DNA of 64,000 nucleotides from a virus (lineage: Duplodnaviria > Caudoviricetes), in the IMG/VR virus record IMGVR_UViG_3300036985_003045; one strand, written 5' to 3'. Made by a program: the position numbers and the translations under genes. Positions 45,167 to 54,937 of the stretch are shown piece after piece; positions within the stretch are counted from its first letter, which is position 1, and the number at the start of each line of letters is the position of its first letter. The notes under the pieces are model-generated. The model searched no databases, was not told the origin of the DNA, and saw nothing but the letters and a program-made list of their open reading frames with translations.

Positions 45167-45640
45167 TTATTCGCCTTCTGGCAAGTCCTTTTGACCAGTC
45201 TTCACCGACTTTTTTCTTTCTTTTTTCACCTTTTCCACAGGCACTATAGAAACTAAACCATTATCAAATGCAAATTTATGACTTAAATTTTTATATAATG
45301 GAGTCAAATCCTGTTCTTTAACTGCAAGAATTAACTTAGCTTCTGTAGGATGCAATCCTTCTAATAATTGAACAAAGATAGATTCTCTACGTAATGCTGT
45401 TAAATCAGTACGACAAAAGATGTATAACTTCTTTACTTCCATCATTAAATTACCCGGTGTCATACCTATTGGAGCCACATCTTCTTTATATGGAGGTGCA
45501 CCCTCTGGTAATACCATCTTTTTTGCTGGGTCATAAGCATATTCAAACAATAATCTTAATGCGCCATTTTCTCTATATTTCATTAATGCTGAAGCATCAG
45601 TATTAATTTCATCTAATATTTCTGTTAAATATTTACTCAC
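45167..45640 (-). CDS. conserved T4-like hypothetical protein
   Basis: LPEGAPPYK, RRESIFVQLLEGLHPTEAKLI; directly after RNase H. Confidence 0.75.
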   Translation of the reverse strand: MSKYLTEILDEINTDASALMKYRENGALRLLFEYAYDPAKKMVLPEGAPPYKEDVAPIGMTPGNLMMEVKKLYIFCRTDLTALRRESIFVQLLEGLHPTEAKLILAVKEQDLTPLYKNLSHKFAFDNGLVSIVPVEKVKKERKKSVKTGQKDLPEGE

Positions 45641-46542
45641 TAAAATTCCTCAATTTTGTCTAATAGTAATTTGCACCTATTTTGAATAAGATAATTCATT
45701 ATTCGCATTCGATCCATTTTGGGTTTGCATTTTATATATTCATCTATAATAGTTTCTTTTATATCAACAGGAATCTTTTCAAATGATATCAATTGTTCAT
45801 TTCTATCCCAATTACGGATTTCAGTATCATTTTTGCAAGCCGCTTTTCCTAATTCTATAAATTCTGCAAGACGTTTTGCTGAAACAGGGGTTTGTCTTAC
45901 ACCTTCTGTGACTATAGCAGAATCATCACTTAGTATATTTGGTATACCGTCATCAGAAGCCTTTACAATATGGGTGATATACTTCTCATAAAGATCTCGC
46001 TTTGACATCTTTAACTGTTTTTTAATTATAGGCGAGAATTGATAAATGTTATCCCATTTTTGTAATTGTAAAAAGTCATGATCAGAACTAATAATCATTA
46101 TTTTCTGTGGTTCCTCAAATAAACCTGTCGATGCTAGTTCATTTGTTTGAGACCATTCAGATAGTATTGCAATAATATCATCTGCTTCTGCTCTATCAAT
46201 ATGCATAACTTTGTATGGAAAATATTCTTTAATATCCTCACGGATACTAGTCATACAATCAAATATTAGTTTCCAGTTCATGTCAGACTTTTCACGGCTT
46301 TTCTTTCTATCTCCTTTATAATAAGGAAATACTTCTTTACGCCAATAGTTTCTACCATCTGCTGCGATTACTACTTGGCCATATTCTTTACTGTACTTAT
46401 TTTTATAAGACAATATAGTATTCAATATAGCATGTCTTACAATATTCTTAACTTGGGTTTCATCACCACCAACCAATAATGGTTTGAATTCACTGTTTGT
46501 TATAACAGACATTGCTATCTGTGAATAATCTAATATAATCAT
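45640..46542 (-). CDS. rnh: T4-type RNase H (5'-3' exonuclease)
   Basis: IILDYSQ, VVIAADGRNYWRK, EADDII, ISSDHDFLQLQ, DDGIPNILSDD. Confidence 0.92.
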   Translation of the reverse strand: MIILDYSQIAMSVITNSEFKPLLVGGDETQVKNIVRHAILNTILSYKNKYSKEYGQVVIAADGRNYWRKEVFPYYKGDRKKSREKSDMNWKLIFDCMTSIREDIKEYFPYKVMHIDRAEADDIIAILSEWSQTNELASTGLFEEPQKIMIISSDHDFLQLQKWDNIYQFSPIIKKQLKMSKRDLYEKYITHIVKASDDGIPNILSDDSAIVTEGVRQTPVSAKRLAEFIELGKAACKNDTEIRNWDRNEQLISFEKIPVDIKETIIDEYIKCKPKMDRMRIMNYLIQNRCKLLLDKIEEF

Positions 46543-47696
46543 CAGAATGCTCCTAATAATATTGTGTCTTCATTCAACCTGCCATTTGGTGTTACTGTTT
46601 TTGCATTAACTGTTTTTACACCGGCACTTAAAGTTTTCTTTGCGATTGCAGTATTATTAAAGAACTCTTCAGGTTTCCTAAGCATAATTTGTATAGATTC
46701 AGTTATATCAAAACCAAGAATTGCTGTACCTTTAATAGTCAATTTAGTATCTTTAACTGCTTTATATACTGCAAGTTTTCTGTACTTAGTATTATAAGTC
46801 CATATTTCATTACTATCAACTAAGGATGTAGGTGAAATAGATTTTAGTTTAAGATCACCAAACTCTTTAAGATACTTAACCTTTTCAATAATTTTATTTA
46901 GAGGTATAGGTTTCTTAACTCTAGGTTTAGATACCTTTGCTGAAACTATACGTTGATTGCATCCATTAACTATAGAAGAAACAAATGTAATAAACTTCTT
47001 TAATTGAGCTTTTGTGAAATTACTATATCCTTCTTGAAGATCTAAATCAGTCTCTACTTCTTCAAGTTCTTTTAATAGTTCATTATAATATGAACCTATA
47101 TCTTTAGCTACAGGACCGGTGATTTCACGTGCTTTTAAATAACTTGTAATATCAAAATCAGATTTTTTATTCTTTACAAAATCATCGATAGCACCTTCAA
47201 TATCTTCAGAATACTGAATTGCTAATTCATGGGTTTTATCTACTTTAATCTTAGGTTCTACTTTAGTAGTAACTAAAAGATCTGGTTCTTTAACTAAACT
47301 GTAAATCTCAATCAACCTTTTAATTGTATCTTCAATATAAGTTGAATGTACATCTTCGAGATATTCTTCTCTAAGTTTTAAACGACATAAAACACCGAGA
47401 GATCTTATTTCAGAATCAGAAGCTTTATTAATAGTAGGGACTAATTTCTTCCTTTCAGTTGAGATAAGATATTCATGAATATATGTTCTAGCTTGCTTAA
47501 AGTCTATATTAAGATTATACCAATTAGTTACATGAACTAGTGACATTTTATAATTGAAAGGATCTGTAGAAGGTTCATCTCCACCTTTAAACTTAGCTTC
47601 GATACTTCTAACCTTATCACGTCTTTTTTCAGCTTTTGCTTTTTTACTTTCAACAAAAGAGTCTGATCGCTCTATTTTTTTAGTTTTAATAGCCAT
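46542..47696 (-). CDS. conserved T4-like hypothetical protein
   Basis: WTYNTKYRKL...LRKPEE...NGRLNEDTILL; adjacent to rnh. Confidence 0.75.
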   Translation of the reverse strand: MAIKTKKIERSDSFVESKKAKAEKRRDKVRSIEAKFKGGDEPSTDPFNYKMSLVHVTNWYNLNIDFKQARTYIHEYLISTERKKLVPTINKASDSEIRSLGVLCRLKLREEYLEDVHSTYIEDTIKRLIEIYSLVKEPDLLVTTKVEPKIKVDKTHELAIQYSEDIEGAIDDFVKNKKSDFDITSYLKAREITGPVAKDIGSYYNELLKELEEVETDLDLQEGYSNFTKAQLKKFITFVSSIVNGCNQRIVSAKVSKPRVKKPIPLNKIIEKVKYLKEFGDLKLKSISPTSLVDSNEIWTYNTKYRKLAVYKAVKDTKLTIKGTAILGFDITESIQIMLRKPEEFFNNTAIAKKTLSAGVKTVNAKTVTPNGRLNEDTILLGAF

Positions 47697-47719
47697 AATT
47701 GCTCCAATTTCAAAGTACC

Positions 47720-47748
47720 ATTATATATCAAAAGCTGAGAAAAGTAAA
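47720..47748 (-). promoter_or_regulatory. early promoter (TTTACT-N17-TATAAT)
   Basis: attata 47720-47725, agtaaa 47743-47748. Confidence 0.65.
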
Positions 47749-47925
47749 TAGTTAACAAATGCGAAAAAGTGACCTTTTTAATAAAAATTTCATTTTAAAA
47801 TCAATCATTTAGAGACCACCTTTTTCGCTTTTCTGTGAAAATGCTAAGTATATCACCCTTAAAAATAAAAAGTGTGCACCGAACGCATTATTTTTATTTT
47901 GTTACACATAATCAATATGTTAGAA

Positions 47926-48264
47926 TCATTCGGTCTCAAGTAAAGATTCATATAAATGTTGAAATTCTTCTGAATCGGTAACTTGCTCGTTATAGTTTTG
48001 TTTATGATAAGCTCGTGCAATCTTATTGATATGTTTCTTGGGTAACTCAAATTTATCAGCTAAATCTTCAACAATATCTTTGACGAGTTCTTTCTCAGCG
48101 TCAATTCTAGTATACGAATTGCTAATCTCGAATAAGGCATCTTTAATTTTTTTCTTGTCGACTGGATTGCTCACTACTAATGTCATATTATTTTCCTGAA
48201 GTGGTTGAAGTTGTTGATATTTTAAAAATACAAATAAGTACCCATGCTGCAAGATAATTTTCAA
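47926..48264 (-). CDS. dsbA: T4 DsbA-like double-stranded DNA-binding protein (likely start at MTLVV)
   Basis: KIKDALFEISNSYTRIDAEKELVKDI...KFELPKK..NKIARAYHKQN. Confidence 0.75.
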   Translation of the reverse strand: MKIILQHGYLFVFLKYQQLQPLQENNMTLVVSNPVDKKKIKDALFEISNSYTRIDAEKELVKDIVEDLADKFELPKKHINKIARAYHKQNYNEQVTDSEEFQHLYESLLETE

Positions 48265-49020
48265 ATGAAGAATCTATTGCTAACGAAGGAAACAAAGTGT
48301 TCAATGCCCATATTAATAATATGGGCGCAATTGATAATAGTACAAGTAAAAATGTAATTAATAATACTGTTGGGATTGATTTCATAATATTGTTATACCT
48401 TTTCGACTATACAGTTTTTTAGATTTCACGACTTGCATCTTGAACCTTGGAGTTCTTAATGCCTTCGCTACAGGACTTCTCATTTTTTGCACCTCTTTAT
48501 TGTTTCTGAAAATAAATCACATACATCTTGTAAAGCTATTGCAACAAAAGTAAATACACCAGCAATTACAACAAAATATTGAATAAATTGTAACATGTTA
48601 TACTCCAAATGTTTGGTCAAATTCTTGTTGACCTTCATCCAGTTCTTTTAAACACTGTTCAAGTTTATTAATTCTTTCACATAGTTTATAATAACCAGCA
48701 TATGATAATGCCATCTCATAAGAACCATCTTGTGATGATTTCCAATGGCTATTACTACTATGAATGGATTCAGCTTTTTCTTTTAGTTCTTGTAAAGTCA
48801 TTTCTTCTAAGTTCATTATTTAACCTCTTTAACAGTATATTTCTTAATGTCTGAAAGTGGATAACCACTAAGTCTAAGAGTTTCAATTGCAGAAACTTTT
48901 GCTCTTAGCTTGCAATCAGCATCAATATTAGTAATGGAAAAAGTTCCTTTTGGTTTTAGTTTAAAGTCGACGGTGTATTTCATAATATATAATTTCCTCA
49001 TTTATTTAATTTATGAGACT

Positions 49021-49048
49021 ATTATATACTAGTTTACATCATTGTAAA
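49021..49048 (-). promoter_or_regulatory. early promoter (TTTACA-N16-TATAAT)
   Basis: attata 49021-49026, tgtaaa 49043-49048. Confidence 0.85.
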
Positions 49049-49084
49049 CGTTTATTTTTAACCAAAAAGGAAATATACTGTTTC

Positions 49085-49528
49085 CTAGGGAGAAATAATA
49101 AGGACTTTATCTCGTATATGATTACCATGCACGCGAATCATTATATTATTATTATAATAATCATTTGATTCTAATACATTACGAAGCATTTGTTCTTTTG
49201 CTTCTAAATAAGAACATGATGCCTTTGATGAGCAGAAATATAGTATTTCACGTTTGAATTTATCTTGACCTAATGTAGATACATCCAAAGATAGTTCAAT
49301 ACTAGATCCATAATAATCTAGCCAATCTGAATCTACCTTTGATTTAATCTTCTTCTTTTTCTTTTCGCCAGTCTTTAGAGTAACAGTTTTTGTTTTTGTT
49401 TTTGAAAACTTGGCTGATTTCTTACCTATATATTTACGACCTGAAGGTATACAAGTTATTAAATATACAAAACCTATACAATTATCAGGTAACTCAGTTA
49501 CCTCAACATCCTTGTAATACCAAGTCAT
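49085..49528 (-). CDS. GIY-YIG nuclease (T4 endonuclease II-like)
   Basis: GFVYLIT...KYIGKK, DWLDYYGSS, FKREIL, YLEAKEQ, YYN. Confidence 0.7.
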   Translation of the reverse strand: MTWYYKDVEVTELPDNCIGFVYLITCIPSGRKYIGKKSAKFSKTKTKTVTLKTGEKKKKKIKSKVDSDWLDYYGSSIELSLDVSTLGQDKFKREILYFCSSKASCSYLEAKEQMLRNVLESNDYYNNNIMIRVHGNHIRDKVLIISP

Positions 49529-49677
49529 TAATAATAGTCATCCGTATCTTCTTCTAATATATCTGCTCCACATACTGGACAATATACAATTTCTTCTAAA
49601 CTTATATCTTTAGATATAATCACTATTTTGCCTTCAGTTTCACATGATTTGCATTCAAATGTTTTTGATGTTGCCAT
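49528..49677 (-). CDS. small zinc-ribbon protein (49 aa, not in track)
   Basis: FECKSCE...YCPVCG. Confidence 0.65.
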   Translation of the reverse strand: MATSKTFECKSCETEGKIVIISKDISLEEIVYCPVCGADILEEDTDDYY

Positions 49678-49749
49678 TTCTATCCTTATTTAATTTAATT
49701 TAATTGGCTTACAATATGGTAAACCAATTTACAATTTGTAAAACTTTAT

Positions 49750-51459
49750 TTATCCGTGACAACTAGTACATTCACCTTTACTAACATTTACTCCTGATTC
49801 ACTACGTATATAGTATAGACTCTTTATATATGGATCAAGAAATGCCAATTTATGTACTTCAGAAATATATTCTTCATTTTCATCGGCAGAAAAGAACAAA
49901 TTAATACTTTGTGCTTGGTCTATATATCTTTGTCTACCGGAAGCTAAACGAATAATTTGTTTTTGGTCAATTTCAAATGCAGTTTTAAATACTGATTTCT
50001 CATCTTCAGTCAACCATTCAACATGTTGAACTGAACCATTATGACTAATAATATCTTTTATAGTTTCTTGTGAATATACATCTTTATCTTTCATTACTTT
50101 TAATAAAGATGGATTAACCCGTTCCATTTTGCCGGCAGATGTATTTTGTACATATGCATTCTTATATATTGGTTCAATTCCCTGACTAACAGAACCACAT
50201 ATTAAAGCAGAACTAAGGTTAGGTGCAATGGCTATTCTATGTGTATTTCTAACTCCATAACCTTTACACCATAATGGTGAACCCCATTCTTTTGCCATCC
50301 ATTCAGTAGCTCTTTTAGACTCTGAATCTAGATGTTGGAATATTTCGCCATTCTTAAAGTATGCTTCCATTGATTCAAAAGCAATCATATGGTCTTGCAA
50401 ATACGTATGAAATCCTAATAGACCTAAACCTAATGCTCTACTCTTTTCAGCAAAACGAACTACCTTTTCCATGCCTGGAGTTCGTTTACCTATTTCAATT
50501 AAGTCTGAATTAACACAATCTAAAAATACTGTAGCATCAAAAACAGCATCTGTATCTTTCCATTCATCATATAGACTTGCATTCATTGAAGATAATACAC
50601 AAGAAAAGGTATGTTCTTCATCTGAAAATAATGCAATTTCTGTACATAGATTACTTGCTTTTACAGTAAGATTTCTATCTTTATACATTTGAGGATTTTG
50701 TTTATTGACTTTGTCAATGAAATTAAAATATCCTTTACCTGTGACCATCTTTAACTTTAATGCTTTTTGGTATCTCTCAATAGCATCTTTATCACCTGCT
50801 TCTAATCTAGCAATAAATTCATCTGAAATATTCCAACCAATATTAGCATCATCTGGATTTTTATTAATATAGTTAACTAATTCATAAAAATCATTATGAT
50901 CTATTTCAATATAACCTGCCCAAGCCCCTCGTCTTTGAGAACCTTGACTAATATCTCTTGACATTTGCACAAAGTCTTTAAAAACTGGTAATACACCTGA
51001 AGCAGCACCTTTAATACCGGCAATCTTAGCACCTCTAGGTCTGATTGCTCCTAAATAACCAGATGTACCAAATCCATTTTTTGATAGAACTGCAGCTTCT
51101 TGTTGAGCACCATAAAATGAATAAACAGAATCTTCAAGGAATCCACCTGAACAACTTACAGGACATCCAATTCCAGTACCCATATTAGATAATACAGGAG
51201 TAGAAGCTGCCAGGTAACCATTCCATAATAGATTAAAGAACTTATTTTCCCATAATATTTGATTTGATGTATACTTTGCTGCATGCGAGGCTACACGTGT
51301 ATAAACTGATTTCAAATCTGGATAATCTTTTGAAAGATAATTCTCTTTGAGCATCTGATATGCAGGTGTAGTTACCCATTCAGGTAACATGCCTTCAGAC
51401 TGGAGTTGCTTGCGTTCTTCTCCTAATTCATCGTATATACTTTTAAATTTTACCATCAT
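49750..51459 (-). CDS. nrdA: ribonucleotide reductase class Ia alpha subunit
   Basis: STPVLSN, SCS, SNLCTEI, CVLSS, GLGLLG, IAIAPNLSSA, QAQSINLF, KSLYYIRS, C-terminal CTSCHG. Confidence 0.97.
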   Translation of the reverse strand: MMVKFKSIYDELGEERKQLQSEGMLPEWVTTPAYQMLKENYLSKDYPDLKSVYTRVASHAAKYTSNQILWENKFFNLLWNGYLAASTPVLSNMGTGIGCPVSCSGGFLEDSVYSFYGAQQEAAVLSKNGFGTSGYLGAIRPRGAKIAGIKGAASGVLPVFKDFVQMSRDISQGSQRRGAWAGYIEIDHNDFYELVNYINKNPDDANIGWNISDEFIARLEAGDKDAIERYQKALKLKMVTGKGYFNFIDKVNKQNPQMYKDRNLTVKASNLCTEIALFSDEEHTFSCVLSSMNASLYDEWKDTDAVFDATVFLDCVNSDLIEIGKRTPGMEKVVRFAEKSRALGLGLLGFHTYLQDHMIAFESMEAYFKNGEIFQHLDSESKRATEWMAKEWGSPLWCKGYGVRNTHRIAIAPNLSSALICGSVSQGIEPIYKNAYVQNTSAGKMERVNPSLLKVMKDKDVYSQETIKDIISHNGSVQHVEWLTEDEKSVFKTAFEIDQKQIIRLASGRQRYIDQAQSINLFFSADENEEYISEVHKLAFLDPYIKSLYYIRSESGVNVSKGECTSCHG

Positions 51460-51647
51460 TCCACCAATAAAGTTTGTTTCTCACTAATTTCACCTAGACC
51501 TTCATCTAACTTATCCAGTTGTTCTTTTAATTCTTGTCTTCTTTTAGGATCAGTTGCCTTTGCTAGTTCCATTCTTAAATATCTTACTTGTGCTTCTTCT
51601 ATCATTTTTAATTGCTCAGTTACCATTGGAATTTGCCTTCTGACCAT
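51456..51647 (-). CDS. hypothetical protein between nrdB and nrdA
   Basis: overlaps both neighbours. Confidence 0.5.
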   Translation of the reverse strand: MVRRQIPMVTEQLKMIEEAQVRYLRMELAKATDPKRRQELKEQLDKLDEGLGEISEKQTLLVE

Positions 51648-52612
51648 GCTCTATTATAATCATTGCCAGTGGATGAAAAGAAATCGTGTAATGTGCTTGA
51701 CTCTAAATCTCGATAGAACCAATCTGCTATAGGATTATATGATGGTTTAAATATCATTTTATATCCTAGATTCTTAAGACATGTATCAAGTCTTGATTCT
51801 ACAAAGTTTTTTAATTGATTTTCGGTGATGCCTTTGATATGTCCTTTTTCGAATATCTTATCTATAATAACGGTTTCATGCTCAAGAATAACTTTTGTAG
51901 TATCTTCAAGTTCAGTTCTTAGTTCTAATAATGCTTCTTCTGATATAACACCGGCATCAGTTGCTTCTTTCAATAGAGTTCTAAATAACCAAGCACCTGC
52001 TTGACTATGCAATGTTTCATCTATTGCTGAAAAGTTAATACCCGCATTAATGTTTATAAGTTTATTTTTGCCAACATTATTAAAATGTTTAAGAAAAGCA
52101 AATGAACTGTATAATATAGCACCTTCAATCATTGAGAAAATACCGATTGATTTAAGGATATTATAGACAGTATCTTGTTTTTCTACACGTTTGCCTATCC
52201 ATGCCATTCTATTCTTTAGTACATCATCATTTAGATAATCATTATAAAACTCATCGGTATCTAGACCCAGAATCTCATTGATTTTATTATAGAATGGCGC
52301 ATGAACTCCTATTTCCATAAATGCAAAAGTTGTAGCCATTCGCTGAATATCCGGTCTTTGGAATATTTTACCTACATAATTCTGCCAATAATCATTACCA
52401 ACTGATAATTCATATATTGTAAACAGTTTCAAAGTAGATATAACACCATGGTATTCTGCTTCTGTGAAGTTCGTTTTTAGATCGTGTAAATCTTTTTCTA
52501 CTTCAATTTCATCCGGCAACCAGAATATTTCTGCTTGCTGCTTAGCAAATTCTATTGCAGTTGGATAATCTACTGTATACGTAGACTTTTTCTCTAATAG
52601 TCTTATCGACAT
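51620..52612 (-). CDS. nrdB: ribonucleotide reductase class Ia beta subunit
   Basis: FWLPDEI, EIGVHAPFY, IEGAILYSSF, DETLH, HDFF. Confidence 0.95.
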   Translation of the reverse strand: MSIRLLEKKSTYTVDYPTAIEFAKQQAEIFWLPDEIEVEKDLHDLKTNFTEAEYHGVISTLKLFTIYELSVGNDYWQNYVGKIFQRPDIQRMATTFAFMEIGVHAPFYNKINEILGLDTDEFYNDYLNDDVLKNRMAWIGKRVEKQDTVYNILKSIGIFSMIEGAILYSSFAFLKHFNNVGKNKLININAGINFSAIDETLHSQAGAWLFRTLLKEATDAGVISEEALLELRTELEDTTKVILEHETVIIDKIFEKGHIKGITENQLKNFVESRLDTCLKNLGYKMIFKPSYNPIADWFYRDLESSTLHDFFSSTGNDYNRAWSEGKFQW

Positions 52613-53448
52613 TATTTATTTCCTTTATTATATATGTTAGCTTCTACAGTAACTCTATGTTGAATCCATCCTTTAAAATTCTTATTAAATGAATCAGTTG
52701 TTGCAGCGGAAGCTTGATGTTCTGTTGGAGAAGCATGTAATGGTATTGATCCAACAAGATCATTAAATAGTTTTAAATCTTTTTCTATTGAAGGTATCTG
52801 TTTATCATGAGTAAAATATGATACTCGTGCACATCTTGCTGCAGATATTTCCATTAATCTTCCGGTGGTATTGTCATGTCCCAAAGCAATATAGTCAGAA
52901 TTAGTAATATAAGGAAGGTGAAAAACCCGTTCTGCAGGAGTAGAATTGTCCATTGCATTTTTCATTTCTCTCGCTAATTCTTGTATTTCAGGTTGGGCAT
53001 CTGGATGATTTCTTAATTCAAAGAAATTATCCCATTCAGTAGATGTTACTATAACAGATATATATTGCCAAGGTTCTAGCAACCGGTTGAATACTTGTTT
53101 ATGGGGACTACTAACTTTATTAGTTATCCATACTAAAGAACACACTATGCGTCCTGAAGTTTTCCACATAAACTGAGCAAACCATTTCTTGAATCCAGTT
53201 AATTCAACACGCGCTTTCATACCTGGTTGATTTGCGCCCCAATGAATAGGTGTCGCAGGATCATTCCAAACTTGTTTAAGAAATGTTGAAACAGGTATTG
53301 CTCTAGAACTTGATGCATTGCGACTAAATACTCGGTGAGTCATGAATTCTGCATGAATGCCTCTCCAATATTTTAATTGCATTGTAGTTAATCTTATTTT
53401 ATTATGGGGATTTAAACTATCCTCTATCACTTTTACTTCACACGCCAT
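52612..53448 (-). CDS. thyX: flavin-dependent thymidylate synthase ThyX
   Basis: HAEFMTHRVFSRNASSSRAIP, NRLLEPW, WDNFFELR...AQPEIQELA, HASPTEHQA. Confidence 0.88.
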   Translation of the reverse strand: MACEVKVIEDSLNPHNKIRLTTMQLKYWRGIHAEFMTHRVFSRNASSSRAIPVSTFLKQVWNDPATPIHWGANQPGMKARVELTGFKKWFAQFMWKTSGRIVCSLVWITNKVSSPHKQVFNRLLEPWQYISVIVTSTEWDNFFELRNHPDAQPEIQELAREMKNAMDNSTPAERVFHLPYITNSDYIALGHDNTTGRLMEISAARCARVSYFTHDKQIPSIEKDLKLFNDLVGSIPLHASPTEHQASAATTDSFNKNFKGWIQHRVTVEANIYNKGNK

Positions 53449-53772
53449 TAATTTCTCCTATTATATAAAATAATGTATTCCAAAGTATATTAAGGTGATT
53501 ATAATAGCAATTACTATAATAATAGAACCTGCACCTATGAATAATGCAATAATAAATCCTATAATAGCAGCAATGATTCTCATGCTACAAATAGCCATTA
53601 ATATTAAAAGGAATGCACCTAATGTTTGTAATATTTCTAATGTTTCTGGACTCATAAATTCCTCACTTAAAATAATGTATTATAGTTGATATAATTACCA
53701 ATGGTCCAAATGTAAATATTGTTGCCATAGTAATTGATATTAGCATTAAAATTATATAATAAAATATAAATT

Positions 53773-54093
53773 TCATAAATTTAAAACTTTTGCAATATCT
53801 GTATGAGGTAACTTATCATTACCTGTTTTATATCTTTCGATGACATATAATTTATACAATTCTGAATTTATCTTTTCTAAAAAAGATCCAAGTGAACTAC
53901 TATATTGACAATTGTGACATTTTACAAATAGACTTGTAAATCTTTTATAGATGAATAATCGAGCTTTTTTGAGGTTCTTTTTTGAATCACCGCATAAACA
54001 ACATCTTGAATTCCAAACAAATTCAGATTTTTGTTTACCGTTTTGTAATTGGGGGATTATTAAATTCGCATACTTAACATCTATATCAATCAT
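53773..54093 (-). CDS. stand-alone T4 gp61-type primase zinc-binding domain
   Basis: NSRCCLCGDSKKNLKKARLFIY...VKCHNCQYS.SLGSFL; stops after 106 aa. Confidence 0.8.
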   Translation of the reverse strand: MIDIDVKYANLIIPQLQNGKQKSEFVWNSRCCLCGDSKKNLKKARLFIYKRFTSLFVKCHNCQYSSSLGSFLEKINSELYKLYVIERYKTGNDKLPHTDIAKVLNL

Positions 54094-54123
54094 AATGAAT
54101 TACCTATTTAGTTTAATAGGGTT

Positions 54124-54152
54124 ATTATATCATGTAGATGTTATTTTGTACA
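54124..54152 (-). promoter_or_regulatory. probable early promoter (TGTACA-N17-TATAAT)
   Basis: attata 54124-54129, tgtaca 54147-54152. Confidence 0.55.
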
Positions 54153-54243
54153 TTAAAATATATTTTTATTTTACTGTTTACAACTGTTTACTTTTGTGAT
54201 ATACTGGTTATACCAGGTTTTTCTAGGTTAATGCTTAGTTAGT

Positions 54244-54648
54244 TTATTTGAATATATCAAAATGTTTAATTAGAAAACCTACTGCTACTGCACTACCTAC
54301 TACCATCCATTTCCAGTTTTCTAGTACTGTTAGTCTATCTGATATTGATTTATGTTGGGATACGGATTTATCTGAATGCTCTTTTAACTTAAGTTCTATT
54401 CTTTCTTCCATATCCTCTAGTTTTTCAACTATTTCCTTTGTATTTTCATTCATTTTCTTATACAATTCGCGAACATCTGTTGAAGTTTCTCTACTGCCAA
54501 ACTCTAAATTACCTATACGTGAATCATGAACTGCTAATAATCTTGTCACCTCAGTAGATGATTTTGCTATTTCAGCTACAGCTGAATCTATTTTATATAC
54601 TACTGATTGCAGAACGGCTACTTCAGTTTTTAGTTCATTAACCATCAC
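54244..54648 (-). CDS. coiled-coil protein with C-terminal TM (holin/XhlA-like)
   Basis: heptads, then RLTVLENWKWMVVGSAVAVGFLI; follows the spanin-like genes. Confidence 0.6.
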   Translation of the reverse strand: MMVNELKTEVAVLQSVVYKIDSAVAEIAKSSTEVTRLLAVHDSRIGNLEFGSRETSTDVRELYKKMNENTKEIVEKLEDMEERIELKLKEHSDKSVSQHKSISDRLTVLENWKWMVVGSAVAVGFLIKHFDIFK

Positions 54649-54937
54649 TCAATTCCTTTTGCTTTCTAATCCATTCTTGTAATGATTTTAATTGTTCTAC
54701 TACTTTATAGTATGTTCCGTAATTTTTACTAACTGTTATTGCTACATCAGAGAGTTTAACATCGGAGGTTCCTTCATTAATATCTCTGGAGGTGTTGGGA
54801 ACTTTTGTTTGACCTATAGTATTTAAATCTTTAGGTTCCTTCATTAACATCTCTGGAGGAGTTGGGAACTTTTGTTTAACTGGAACCACAGTTGAACACC
54901 CACTTATCAATAAAGAGCATATTATTATTTTAATCAT
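54638..54937 (-). CDS. outer-membrane lipoprotein, o-spanin-like
   Basis: lipobox LISGC, then VPVKQKFPTPPEMLM; Pro-rich. Confidence 0.7.
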   Translation of the reverse strand: MIKIIICSLLISGCSTVVPVKQKFPTPPEMLMKEPKDLNTIGQTKVPNTSRDINEGTSDVKLSDVAITVSKNYGTYYKVVEQLKSLQEWIRKQKELSDG

